DNA of 64,000 bases from Mobula hypostoma (Eukaryota). The DNA lies in the NCBI RefSeq assembly GCF_963921235.1, contig NC_086097.1:168704001-168768000 (forward strand). The letters run 5' to 3'. Shown here piece by piece: positions 50,631 through 64,000 of this stretch (position 1 is its first letter; each line of letters starts with the position of its first letter). The notes beneath the pieces are model-generated. The model worked only from the letters and a program-made list of their open reading frames with translations. It had not been told where the DNA came from and did no database searches. Both the position numbers and the translations under genes were made by a program.

Positions 50631-51583
50631 GGTAGAAGACACTCGAAAGAGAAGATGGATACTCCTGCTTCCTTTGTTTTCACTCCTATTATGTTCTTAA
50701 GACAGTTTATCTAAAAGGACCCTTCCTTGAAATCTGTTCAGAAATGCCTATTTTTACATTGTTTACCTGGTGACGTTTTTACTAATGTTCAAGTTCAGAA
50801 TTTAACCTACTTAAGAAATTAGGTTTGGCAGAGCCCCGATGTACTTATCTTCAGACAACACTGTGATAGTGTGGAAACAGCTCCCAGTTCACAGGCCATC
50901 AGATTGATTGAATTAATGTTCTAGGAATAGTCATGTGAATGGCTATTTTTGGAATTTTAAGAATTAAGTATTACATCCCTGCACTATAAACAAGCTACTG
51001 TTGTACCTTTTTTTTTGCATATACACTTCATTTTTTTTTAAATAGTGACTTATCTGGAATCTTATCCATTTTACTGGCCAGAAATGTTACCATTGCAATC
51101 AGATTTATCTGAAAAAGGTCAGCTCAAGAGAAAGTTAAACAAATGGCAGAACTCTCAACTCTCTTACCCAAAGAAACTGAGAAGTGAAAACTGGCATCCA
51201 TACCCCTTTGGTTTAGAGGATTCCAATGATTTTTTGCCTCCCATCTCAGTCCTGACTGCCCAATCCCTTATCTTGATTCGATGCATTGGAATTCTAGACT
51301 CTCCAGCCAGAAGAAAGACCCTTTTAGCCTCTACCCTGTCAATCACTGTCAAATTTGTAGGCCTTGCTGACATTACCTCATTCTTCAAAGCTCCAGTGTT
51401 TACAACCTAATCTTGCTCAGTCTTTCCTCAGAGGAGAAACCCCTCATACCAGGAATTGATCGAGTGAATTTATCCTCACCAATTTTAATTCAAGCACATC
51501 TTTTAAACATGGAGACCAAACCTCCACCTGATATGCCAGGCACGACGTACCAAAGCCCGATAAAATTGTAGCAAGTTTTTTTT

Positions 51584-53650
51584 ATATATAATTTTTATTA
51601 AATTTTCAAAAAGATTACATGAAAAGATAAAATCTACCCCCCCTCCCCTTAACCCTCCCCCCCCATATATAAAGTCCTACCTAAAAGAAAGAAAGAAAAA
51701 AAAAGAGCCGCCTGGGTATTGGAAGGTTTCCACACGCTCCATGGGATTCAAAATAAATTTGGTATAATTATTCGTTACTTTCCCCAAGTAACCAAATTCT
51801 TTGTCGGAGCACTTAAATATGACATCCTATCTTTTGTAAATAAGGGCGCCAAATATTCAAGAATGTTACATAATTATCTCTTAAATTATAAGTAATTTTT
51901 TCAAGTGGAATAGAACTAGCCATTTCATTATTCCAACGATCCATACTTAAATACGAATCAGATTTCCAAGTAACTGCTATAGTCTTCTTAGCTACTGCCA
52001 ATGCAATTTTTATAAATTCTTTCTGATATTTATTCAATTTAAGTTTCGGTTTTATCCCTTCAATATCACCTAATAGAAATAATACAGGGTTATGTGGAAG
52101 TTGAATTCCAGTAATTTGTTCCAATAAGACTCTTAAATTTATCCAAAAGGGTTGAATTTTAAAACAAGACCAAGTAGAATGTAAAAAAGTACCAATTTCT
52201 TGATTACACCGAAAACATTTATCAGATAGATTTGAATTTAATCTATTTATTTTTTGTGGTGTAATGTATAATTGGTGTAAAAAATTATATTGTACTAAGT
52301 CGAACATTTATTGTATTTGTCATACTGTCCAAAGTCTTGACCAATTTATTTCATCAATATTAATATTCAGATCTGTTTCCCATTTTTGCTTTGACTTATG
52401 GGTTCCTTGTTTAATTGCCTGTTCTTGACTCAAATTATACATACAAGAAATACATTTTTTAATTTTCCCTTTTTGAATTAAAATTTCAATTTCATTAGCT
52501 TTTGGCAAAAACATTGCTTTGGCAAAAACCCAGCTTACCTATTAAGTAAGCCCTTAACTGAAAGTAACAAAGTATTATTAGATATTTTATATTTATCCTT
52601 TAATTGTTCAAATGACATCAATATACCTCGCTCAAAACAATCTTCTATAAATTTAATCTCTTTTTGGTACCAATTATATAAAAGTTGATTGTCCATTGTA
52701 AAAGGAATAAGTCTGTTTTGAAACAAAGGTCTCCTTGCTAATAGAGATTTCTGTGTTTCCTTATCAACATTTATCTTATTCCATAGATCAATCAAGTGTG
52801 TTAATATAGGAGATTCTTTCTTTTCCCGTATTCATTTAGATTCCCATTTATATACAAAATCTTCAGGTTTATTTTCTCCTATCTTGTCTAGTTCTATTTT
52901 AATCCATGCTGGTTTTTGATCATCGAAAAAAGATGCAATAAATCTAAGTTGATTTGCTTCATAGTAATTTTTAAAGTTTGGAAGTTGTAACCCTCCTAAC
53001 CTAAATTTACATGTCAGTTTTTCCAATGATATTCTTGACATTTTACCTTTCCAAAGAAATTTTCTCACAGATTTATTTAACTCTTGAAAAAATTTCTGTG
53101 GCAATTGTATTGGTAATGTTTGAAACAAATACTGTAATCTCGGAAATATATTCATTTTTACAACATTGACTCTACCTACTAATGTTATTGGTAGTATCAT
53201 CCATTTGTCAAGATCTTCTTGAATTTTTTTCAATAGTGGTAAATAATTAAATTTATATAAATTCTTTACATCACTATCAAGTCTTATACCTAAATACTTT
53301 ATACCATTTACCGGCCATCTAAATTGGGTTACTAATCGACATTGACTATGGTCTCCTTTAGTAAGAGATAAAATTTCACTTTTATCCCAATTTATTTTGT
53401 AACCTGATACCTTCCCATATTCATCCAATCTAGAAGATAATTTATGTAACGAATGTTGTGGGTTTGTTAAATAGATCAAAACATCATCGGCAAAAAGATT
53501 AATTTTATATTCCTCTTGGTTAACTCTAAAACCCATAATATCTGGATCCAATCTAATTAGTTCTGCTAATGGCTCTCTCGCCAATACAAATAGAGCAGGT
53601 GATAGTGGACAACCTTGTCTAGTTGACCTTTTTAGCTGGAATGGTGTTGA
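51584..53650 (-). mobile_element. 5'-truncated L1-clade LINE
   Basis: RQGCPLSPALF, INLFADDVLIYL, IKYLGI and CFRC..GTFLHSTWSC; minus-strand AATAAA at 51594-51599; TSD AGCAAGTTTTTTTT (51570-51583 and 53651-53664). Confidence 0.92.
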
Positions 53651-53974
53651 AGCAAGTTTTTTTTTATTATTGCTCTACCCTCGCAAGAAAGGCCAAAAGA
53701 ATTGTTCATTATACCAGCACGATGGTGAGAATGGGAATAGAACAGAATTAACATAACCCAATTTCTATCTAATAACACATTCTACACAGTACTTGCATCA
53801 CGTCAAATAAAAAAAGGGTCATGGCTGACTCCAGCAACACCTACGTGGTACAATAAGTGAAGCATTTAGCCAAGATAGTGAAGAGCTGTCGTCTATCAAT
53901 GGATAAACTAAGATTCAAAATAACATTGAACAAATGTACTTTAAATTTAAAAATCTTAAAATTCTGGAAAATAG

Positions 53975-54237
53975 AGGGGCGCCCTTTCAAAACAGATGCG
54001 GGGAAATTTCTTTAGCCAAAGGGTGGTGAATTTGTTGCCACATGCAGCTGTGGAGGCCAGGTAGTTGGGTATATTTAAGGCAGAGATTGATGGGTTCTTG
54101 ATTGGATATGGCATCAAAGGTTACAGGAACTAGGGTTGAGGAGGAGAAAAAAAAAGGATCAGCTATGATTGAATGGCAGAGCAGACTCGATGAGCCAGAT
54201 GGCCTAATTCTGCTCCTATGTCTTATGGTCTTCTTAA
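53975..54237 (+). mobile_element. Short CR1 3' end
   Basis: Collinear with 22135-22415. Confidence 0.8.
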
Positions 54238-54845
54238 TAGTCAGCCATGAAATGTTATAAAATTTCAAAGCTGTTTCTCTCTTCACAGATGGTGCCTGAC
54301 CTGAATATTTCCCATCATTTTGCATCCTATTTCAGATTTCTTGCACAAACAACATTTTGCTGAACCTCAAAAGTTGAAGCTTCAGAATTCAAGATTCATT
54401 TATTATCAAAGTATAAATTATACAACCTGGAGATTTGCTTGCTCATAGGTAACCATAAAGCAAGAAACCTGAAACAATCCAATTTAAAGTAAAAAAAAAG
54501 ATAAAAATAACAAAATAAAACACTCGATATGCAAGAGGAAGTAAAAGAAAGTATCAATCATGCAAATAATTGAAGCGAACAACAGCCCTCCGATCCAAAC
54601 CTTGGAGCAGCCCAGTGTAGGCACAAAGCCTTGTTTATCAGTTCATCATATTAGCGGGCATGGAGCACAGCAGCCAAGGCAGTCTTCATAGCCTCAGCGC
54701 CATGGAGATGATCTTCGCAGAGAACAAGCGAATTCAGTTCTCGTCCTAATCAACACCTTGTCTTTTCAGTCTATCTGGGCGGGTGTTTAAATTGACCCGA
54801 CGATGGACAGCAAAAGGCACTGCACCCTGGAGAGAGGAGTGAAGA

Positions 54846-57800
54846 TCATAGAAACATAGAAAACCTACAGCACAATATAGGCCCTTTGGCCCACAATGCT
54901 GTGCCGAACATGTACTTAATTTAGAAATTACCTAGGGTTACCCATAGCCCTCTGAACTCCATACACCTGTCCAGGAGTCTCTTAAAAGACCCTATCATAT
55001 CCGCCTCCACCACTATCGTCGGCAGTCCATTCCACACACTGTCCACTCTCTGCATAAAAAACGTACCCCTGACATCTCCTCTGCACCTGCTTCCAAGCAC
55101 CTTAAAACTATGCCCTCTCATGTTAGCCATTTCAGCCCTGGGAAAAAGCCTCTGACTATCCACACGATCAATGCCTCTCATCATCTGATACACCTCTATC
55201 AGGTCACATCTCATCCTCTGCCACTCCAAGGCGAATAGGTTGAGTGAACTCAGCCTTTTCTCATAAGGCATGCTCCCCAATCCAGGCAACATCCTTGAAA
55301 ATCTTTGCACCCTTTCTATAGTTTCCATATCCTTCCTGTAGTGAGGTGACCAGAATTGAGCACAGTACTCCAAGTGGGGTCTGACCAGGGTCCTATACAG
55401 CTGCAATATTACCTCTCGGTTCCTAAATTCAATGCCACGATTGATGAAGGCCAATGCACCATATGTTTTCCTTAACCATAGAGTCAACCTGTGCAGCAGC
55501 TTTGAGTGTCCTATGGACTCGGACCCAAAGATCCCTCTGATCCTCCACAATGCCAAGAGTCTTACCATTAATACTATATTCTGCCATCATATTTGACCAG
55601 CAAAATGAACCACTTCACACTTATCTGGGTCGAACTCCATCTGCCACTTCTCAGCCCAGTTTTGCATCCTATCAACATCCCGCTGTAACCTCTGACAGTC
55701 CTCCACACTATCCACAACACCCCCAACCTTTGTGTCATCAGGAAATTTACTAACCCATCCCTCCACTTCCTCATCCAGGTCATTTATAAAAATCACGAAG
55801 AGAAGGGGTCACAGAAGAGATCCCTGAGGCACACCACCGGTCACTGACCTCCATGCAGAATATGACCCACCTACAACCACTCTTTGCCTTCTGTGAGCAA
55901 GCCAATTCTGGATCCACAAAGCAAGGTCCCCTTGGATCCCATTCCTCCTTACTTTCTCAATAAGCCTTGCATGGGGTACCTTATCAAATACCTTGCTGAA
56001 ATCCATATACACATCTACTGCTCTACCATTAATGCGTTTAGTCACATCCTAAAATGTTCAACTCGGCTCGTGAGACACGACCTGCCTTTGACAAAGCCAT
56101 GCTGACTGTTCCTAATGATATTATGCCTCTCCAAATATTCATAAATCCTGCCTCTCAGGATCTCCTCCATCAACTTACCAACCACTGAAGTAAGACTCAC
56201 TGGTCCATAATTTCCTGGGCTATCTCTACTCCCTTTCTTGAATAATGGAACAACATCTGCAACCCTCCAATCCTCCGGAACCTCTCCCATCCCCATTGAT
56301 GATATAAAGATCATCACCAGAGGCTCAGCAGTTTCCTCTTGCCTCCCACAATAGCCTGGGGTACATCTTGTTGGGTCCTGGTGACTTATCCAACTTGATG
56401 TTTTCCAAAAGCTCCAGAACATCCTCTTTCTTCATGTCTATATGCTCAAGCTTTTCAATCCCACTGTAAGTCATCTCTACAGTTACCAAGGTCCTTTTCC
56501 GTAGTGAATATTGAAGCAAAGTACTCACAAAGTACTTCTGCTATCTCCTCCGGTTCCATACACTCTTTTCCACTGTCACACCTGATTGGTCCTATTTGCT
56601 CATGTTTTATCCTTTTACTCTTCACATACTTACAGAATGCCTTGGGGTTTTCCTTAATTCTGCTCGCCAAGGCCTTATCATGGCCCCTTCTGGCTCTCCT
56701 AAATTCATTCTTAAGCTCCTTCCTGCTAGCCTTATAATCTTCTAGATCTCTATCATTACCTAGCTTTTTGAACCTTTCATAAGCTTTTCTTTTCTTCTTG
56801 ACTAGATTTTCAACAGCCTTTGTACACCACGGTTCCTGTATCCTTCTGTCCTTACCCTGTCTCATTGGAACGTACCTATGCAGAACATCATGCAAATATC
56901 CCCTGAACATTTGCCACATTTCTGCTGTACATTTTCCTGAGAACATCTGTTCCCAATTTATGCTTCCAAGTTCTTGCCTGATAGCTTCATATTTCCCCTT
57001 ACTCCAATTAAACACTTTCCTAACTTGTCTGTTCCTATCCCTCTCCAAAGCTATGGTAAAGCAGATAAAATGGTGATCATCATCTCCAAAATGCGCTTCC
57101 ACTGAGAGACCTGACATCTGACCAGGTTCACTTCCGAATACCAGATCAAGTACAGACTTTCCTCTTGTAGGCTAATCTACATATTGTGTCAGGAAACCTT
57201 CCTGAACACACCTAACAAACACCACCCCATCTAAACCCCTTGCTTTATGGAGATGTCAATCAATATTTGGGAAATTAAAATCTCCCAGCATGACAACCCT
57301 GTTATTATTACACCTTTCTAGAATCCGTCTCCCTATCTGCTCCTTGATGTCCCTGTTAATATTGGGTGGTCTATAAAAAACACCCAGTAGAGTTACTGAC
57401 CCCTTCCTGTTTCTAACTTCCACCCACAGAGACTTAGTGGACAATCCCTCCATGATTTCCTCCTTTTCTGCAATCGTGACACCATCTCTGATCAGCAGTG
57501 CCACGCCCCCACCTCTTTTGCCTCTCTCCCTGTCCTTTCTGAAACATTTAAAGCCTGGCACTTGAAGTAAGCATTCCTGTCCCGAGCCATCCAAGTCTCT
57601 GTAATGGCCACAGTATCATAGCTCCCAGCACTGATCCACGCTCTAAGCTCATCCGCTTTGTTCATGATTCTTCGCATTAAAATAGACACATCTCAAACCA
57701 TCAGTCTGAGCGGATCCCTTCTCTATCAGCTGCCTATCCTCCCTCTCGCACTGTCTCCAAGCTTTCTCTATTTGTGAGCCAACCGCCCCTTCTTCCACCT

Positions 57801-58128
57801 CTTCAGTTCGGTTCCCACCTCCAGCAATTCTAGTTTAAACTCTCCCCAATAACCTTAGCAAACCTCCCTGCCAGGATATTGGTCCCCCTCAGATTCAAGT
57901 GCAACCCATCCTTTTTGTACAGGTCCCACCTGCCCCAACAGGTCCCAATGATGCAGAAATCTGAATCCCTGCCCCCTATTCTAATCCCTCAGCCACACAT
58001 TTATTCTCCACCTCACTTTATTCCTATACTCACTGTCGCGTGGCACAGGCAGTAATCCCAAGATTACTACTTTTGAGGTCCTGCTTCTCAACTTCCTTCC
58101 TAACTCCCTGTAGTCTGCTTTCAGGACC
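54846..58128 (-). mobile_element. CR1 LINE, about 3.3 kb (end of ORF1, APE, RT, tail), frameshifted
   Basis: VAITETW, GGGVALLI, GVFYRPP, GDFNFPNID, QHGF and RPHLEYCAQFWSP. Confidence 0.93.
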
Positions 58129-59579
58129 AGAGAGCACACGAAATTGGCTTTCCCCTCTGATCTGGGCTGGCATTTAAATTATCTAATCAGCCCATTCTAC
58201 CTCGCATTAGGACCTAGGCACTGCTGCTGTGAAAGGCTCCAGGCCTAGACCATGTTACCCAGCAACTTGCATCGGGCCCAGATTTCACCGCCCTGCCTGA
58301 AGCTGCTCTCAAGCTCTTCAAATCAGCTCGGCACTTGAACCTATACTTCTGGGGTTGTCTGATGGAGTCTTGTTCTTTTTAATATATCCATTGACAATAC
58401 AGTTACCATGGTGGATATCCAATACTGCAGCCAAATTTTCCCTCTAGATAATTGGACACTTAACAAAAGTGACATGAAGCAGATGAACAAAAGCAAATAA
58501 TTTAAAGAATTTTAAAAGTTTAATAATGCATTATTGGGCTTCTTGCAATTGCAACTATTAGAATTTAACTTCGAATTATAAAGTGCAAGAACAGACTCGA
58601 TGGTGCCACACACCAACCCCAACCTACCCTCTTGTCTCAATTGAATTTGTCTCCACCAATACCCCAGATAGTGCATTCCAGGGTACCCACCACTCTCTGT
58701 ACAAAAACTTTGTCCCACACATCTCCTTTGAACTTGCCCCCTCTCAACCTTTAATGCAGGCCCTCTGGTATTAGACATTTCAACCCAGGGAAGAAGATAC
58801 CAGCTGTCAACTCAATCAACGCCTTTCATAAATCTTATAATCTTGTCAGATCTCCCCTCAACCTCCACCACTCCAGAGAAAACAACCTCAGTTTGTTCAA
58901 CCTCTCCTTAAAGCACGCGCCCACTGATCCAGGCAGCATGCTGGTAAACCTGTTGCATATATTCTCTAAAGCCTTGACATCATTCCTATAATCTGGCGAG
59001 TAGAAATTAATACGATACTCCAGATGCAGCCCAACTACAGGTTAATAAAGCTGCAATCTAATTCCTGACTCTTGAACCTAATTCCTCAACTAATAAATAT
59101 GCCAAATGGTTCCTTTTCCACTTTATCAACCTGTATAGCCTCTTTAAGAGAGTTATGAACCTGGACCTCAAGGTCGTTCTGCACATTAACATTGTCCTTT
59201 ACATTTGGTTATCCCAAGTGCAACACTTCTCACTTGGCTGGATTAAATTTCATCTGCCTCTTCTCTGCCTATCTGCAACTGATCTATCCCTTTGTATCCT
59301 TTGCCAGTTTTCTACATTATCCACAACACCACCAATCTTCGTATCATCTGCACACTTACTAATCCACAATCAACATTTTCATCCAGTCATTTATACAAAT
59401 CATAAATATTAGATCAGAGTACAGATTCCTGCAGAACACCACTACTCATAGACCTCCAGCTAGAATAAATCCCATCAACCGCTATCCTCTGTCTTCTATG
59501 GCCAAGCCAATTCTGAATTCAAGAGGCATTTCATTGTGGATCCCATGCATTTTAATTTTCTGGATTAGCCTCCCATGAG

Positions 59580-60220
59580 ACTTCCAGTAAGATGCTTAGG
59601 TGCAGTAGCCACTCTGGGTCCAATGAAAGGTGTTTATGCTTGTCCTGTATGTCTTTTTTCACTGCTGGATACTAAGAACATCAAGCACTGCAGGACTATC
59701 TCATCAGCAAGTTGCTTGATAGCATTGAGCTGGACTTACTGCGTACTGTTGTCGTGCTGTCGTCTGGACTTGACGTATATCGTTGGACAGTGCGTATTGC
59801 AAGTGATCATCTTGGACGTTTTTATTGTGATCACACAAACCTGTTAGACATTGGTAATGTAGAATACTGCAAGTCCAGTTCACTGGTTCATTAGTGAGAC
59901 CAACAGCAGGGAAGCTTCCTTGCCTCAGTTATGGTGAGGACTAGGCTGAGGCCATGTTGCAAAGTTGAGGGCGGGCCCCTCATGTTGGTGCTGCCCTCTG
60001 GTGTTGGCTTGGCAGAAGAACAAGCTAGATCAGAGCAACTTACCATCAATTCTACAGCCATGACTCTCAGGGACTTGAACTATATTTTTTTTCCTTGTGA
60101 CTCTTTTCGGAAATTGTAACCATATGTGTTATTTGTGCTACGTGCTGTTGGCAATGTGTTCGAACCTCAGCCCCAGAGGAATTCTGTTTTGTTTGGCGAT
60201 ATTCATGTATGGCTGAATGA
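59580..60220 (+). mobile_element. Non-coding Rex-like short element
   Basis: Starts ACTTCCAGTAAGATG, ends with a Rex-like 3' UTR, and interrupts a CR1. Confidence 0.5.
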
Positions 60221-60293
60221 ATTGTCACCCATCTTATTAAAATCCAAGTAGACAACATCCACAGCTCAATCACCATTATCACCTCTTCATATA

Positions 60294-61926
60294 CAATGCC
60301 TGTAAAAAGTATTCACCCTGCTTGAAAGTTTTCATGTTTTATTGTTTTACAACATTGAATCACAATGGATTTAACTTGACTTTTTTGTCACTGATCAACG
60401 GAAAAAGATTCTTTCATGTCAAAGTGAAAACAAATTTCTACAAAGTGATCCAAATTAATTACAAACGTAAAACACAAAATAATTGATTACATAAGTATTC
60501 ACCCCCTTCCGGTCAGTATTTAGTAGATGCACTTTTGGCAGTACTTGCAGCCTTGAGTTGTGTGGATAGCTCTCCATCAGCTTTGCACATCTGGATAATG
60601 CAATTATTCCCTATTCTTCTTTACAAAACTGCTCAAGCTCTGTCAAATTGCATGTGGATTGTGAGTGAACAGTTTTTTTCAATTCAAGCCACAAATTCTC
60701 AATTGGATTGAGGTCTGGACTCTGACTTGGCCACTCCAGGATATTAAATTTGTTGTTTTTAAAATCATTCCCATGTAGCTTTGGGACGCTGTCTTGGTGG
60801 AAAACAAATCTTCCCCCAAGTTGCAGTTCTCTTGCAGACTGCATCAGGTTTTCCTCCAGGATTTCCCTGTATTTTGCTGCATTCATTTTACCCCTTACTT
60901 TCACAAGCCTTCCAGGGCCTGCCGCAATGAAGCATAGACCTAGCATGATGCAGCCACCACCATGCTTCACAGTACAGATGATATGCAGTGTTTGGTTTAT
61001 GCTAAACATTGAGTGGAGTCTAATGGACAAAAAGCTCAATTTTGGTTTCATCAGACCATAGAACCTTCTTCCAGCTGACTTCAGAGTCTCCCACATGCCT
61101 TCTGGCAAACTCTAGCTGAGATTTCATGAGATTTCTACCCCCCCCCCGCCACCCCACCCCACAACAGCGGCTTTCTCTTTGCCACTCTCCCATAAAGCTG
61201 CAATTGGTGAAGCACCGGAGCAACAGTTCTGGTATGCACAGTCTCTCCCATGTCAGCCACTGAAGCTTGTAACTCCTCCAGAGTTGTCATAGGTCTCTTG
61301 GTGGCCTCCCTCACTAATCTCCCTCTTGCACGGTCATTCAGTTTGAGGACTGCCTGCTCCAGGCAGATTTACAGCAGTACCATATTCTTTCAATTTTTTG
61401 ATAATTGACTTAACTGTACTCCAAGGGATATTCAACAAAATTTTCTCGTATCCATCTCCAGACTTGTGCTTTTCAATAACCTTTTCACAGAGTTGCTTGC
61501 AGTGTATTTTTGTGTTCCTGTGTAGTTTTTGCCAGGATACTGACTCACCAGCAGCTGGAACTTCCAGATACAGGTGTATTTTCACTACAATCAATTGAAA
61601 CACCTTGATTGCACACAGTAATCTCCATTTAACTAATTATGTGACTTCTGAAACCAATTGGCTACACCATTGATGATTTGATGTATCGTATTAAAGGGGG
61701 TGAATACTTACATAATCAATTATTTGTTTTATATTTGTAATTAATTTAGATCACATTGTAGAGATCTGTTTTCACTTCGACAAGAAAGAGTTTTTTTCTG
61801 TTGATCAGTGTCAAAAAAGGCGTATTAAATGCACTGTGATTCAATGTTTTAAAACAATAAAACATGAAAACTCCCAGAGGGGGGTGGTTGGTGTGAGTAC
61901 TTATTAAAAATAAAATATAGGCACTG
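60294..61926 (-). mobile_element. Tc1-family DNA transposon, full length, decayed transposase
   Basis: TA|CAATGCC...GGCACTG|TA; TIRs of about 210 bp with inner repeats (aagtattcaccc at about 60306 and 60493); LWSDETKIELF, VKHGGGCIM, FHQD and WPSQSPDLNPIENLW. Confidence 0.93.
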
Positions 61927-62871
61927 TAACTCAATCAAGTCAGTAAGATGTGAATTGGCACACACAAAGCCATGATAACTGTCCCTAGTATTAGGCTATG
62001 GTTTTCCAAATGTTGATAAACCTTATTCCCCAGAATCCTCTCCGGTAACTTACCTGTCTCTGACTCACCAGTCTATAAATTTAAGGATTATTTCTATTTT
62101 CCATCTTGAATAAAGGGTCAACATTTTCTACTCACCAGTCCTACAGGACTTTGCCTGTGGCCAGAGAGGACATAAAGATAATGGTCGAGAGTCTAGCAAT
62201 CTCATCTTCTGCTTCTCTCAGTAAGCTGGAGTATATCTCATCAGTCACTGGGGAATTATCCATTTTAAATGTTCTTAAGGGACCCAACATTACTTCCTTC
62301 ACTAGCTTGAAGTGCCATAGCAAGTTAGTATGCTCCACACTGATCTCCCTAACCTCCATGTTATTTTCCTTGGTAAATACTGATTCAAAATACTTATTCA
62401 GAACTTCATGCACACCCTTTGCCTCCGAGCACAAGTTCCCATCTTTAACCTTGAGTGGTTCTAGCTGATTCCCAGTATCTTCTTGCTCTTGATACATGAA
62501 AGGAATGCCTTGGAATTAGACCATAAGATATAGGAGCAGAAATAGGCCATTCAGCCCATCGAGTCTACTCCGCAAATTCTCTTTAATCCCACTTGGCAAA
62601 GACATTTCAAGACCAACCTGTTCCACCTCAACCCCACCCCCAACCTCTCAGTTTTCCTAATTTCCTTCACAACATAATTGCTGAATAACTTAAATTCAAA
62701 TAATTAAATAAATCTGAAATTAAAAAAGTAAATTGATATGGGCACCAAGAAACTCACGGTCATAAAAAAAAACTATTTGATATACTCATGTCCTTCCTTT
62801 CCCAGCTGTTTCACTGTGACTTCAGGTCAGTTAATGGTTTACTCTTGAGAAACGAGAAAGCAAGTTATCTA

Positions 62872-64000
62872 GCGAAGATCTGCAGATGCTGGAAATCCGA
62901 GCAACACACACACAAAATGCTGGAGGAACTCAGTAGGCCAGCAGCAACTATGGAAAAGCACACAGTCGACATTTCAGGCCAAAACCTTTCAACAGGACTG
63001 CAGGAAAAATGCTGAGGAACAGATTTAACAGGTGGGGGGGAAGGGGGGAGAGAATCACAAGGTGGTTAGTGAAACCTGGAGGGGGAGGGATGAGGTAAAG
63101 AGCTGGGAAGTTGACTGGTGAAAGAGAGGGGAAAGGGGATGGGAATGGGAAATGGTGAAGTGGGGGGGCATTACTGGAAGTTTGAGAAATTGATGTTCAT
63201 GCCATCAGGTTGTAAGCTACCCAAGCAGAATACAAGGCGTTGTTCCTCCAACCTAAATGTGGCCTCATCACAACAGTGGAGGCGGCTATGGATTGACATA
63301 TCGGAATGGGAATGGGAAGTGGAATTAAAATGGGTGCCCCATGCAAGATTCCACTTTTTCTGGCGGACAGAGGGTAGGTGCTTGGCAAAGTGGTCTCCCA
63401 GTTCCCAATCTACACCAGGTCGCACCAATATACAGGAGGCCACACCACGAGCACTGAACAAAGTATGTGACCCCAACAGACTCACAGGTAGTGAGGGAGG
63501 AGGTGCAGGGGCAAGTGTAGCACATGCTCCACTTGCAAAGATAAGTGCCAGGAAAGAGATCAGTGGGGAGGGACAATCGGACAAGGGAGTTGCAGAGGGA
63601 GCAATATCTGTGGAAAGCAGAAAGGGGGGAGGGGAGGGAAAGATGTGCTAGGTGGTGGAATCCCATTGGAGGTGGAGGAAGTTTCAGAGAATTATGTGCT
63701 GGATGTGGAGGCTGATGGGGTGACAGATGAGGACAAGAGGAACCCTATCCCTGGTAGGGTGATGGGAGGATGGGGCAAGCGCAGACGTGCATGAAATGGA
63801 AGAGATGCGGTTGAGGGCAGCGTTGTGGTGGAGGAAGGGAAGCCCCTTTCTTTGAAAAGGGAGGACTTTCCTTCATTCTAGAATGAAAAGCCTCATCCTG
63901 AGAGCAGAGGTGGCAGAGACGGAGGTACTGAGAGGAGAAGGGAATGGTGTTTTTACAAGTAGCAGGGTGGGATGAGATATAGTCCAGGTAGCTGTGAGAG
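62872..64000 (-). mobile_element. Penelope-like element running off the window edge
   Basis: GIY-YIG remnant; degenerate hammerhead at 62963-63000 (CTGTTGA..GAAATGTC). Confidence 0.88.

Larger units (their letters stand above)
58560..62515 (-). mobile_element. Older CR1 split by two insertions
   Basis: CR1 RT and tail sequence at 58560-59580, 60220-60291 and 61929-62515 joins collinearly. Confidence 0.75.

Noticed and set aside
50328..64000. Penultimate CEP76 exon (..GHTFKGFPIHF..)
   Set aside because: Looked for by eye and not found; probably beyond the window, though a miss is possible.

Overview
Vertebrate nuclear DNA, not prokaryotic. The repeat families (V-SINE, DeuSINE, shark-type CR1, Rex/Babar, Penelope) point to a cartilaginous fish, probably a ray (inference). 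Two host genes are visible, both on the minus strand. The first coding exon of SPIRE1 (KIND domain, 10370-10637) sits in a CpG island, with intron sequence running to the left edge. The terminal coding exon of CEP76 (50189-50327, ...ACKYRSVL*) has an intron running to the right edge. This CEP76->SPIRE1 arrangement matches what I recall for human 18p11. Most of the rest is nested transposable elements: CR1, Rex/Babar, RTE, L1, L2, Penelope, Gypsy, a solo LTR, Tc1, hAT MITEs and SINEs, many with readable target-site duplications (TSDs). The most interesting signal is a dispersed family of minimal hammerhead-ribozyme motifs (AGTC-CTGAnGA-A-GGG..CCC-GAAA-C-GTC-GACT) at the 3' end of Penelope-like elements. 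There are at least 7 copies, 2 with intact cores, and a 228-bp TSD-flanked fold-back mini-element is built only from this module. Hammerheads in Penelope-like elements are a known class; whether this family and its mini-element are described cannot be told without a database search. All element family names come from motif recognition, not from searches, and boundaries without a TSD are approximate.
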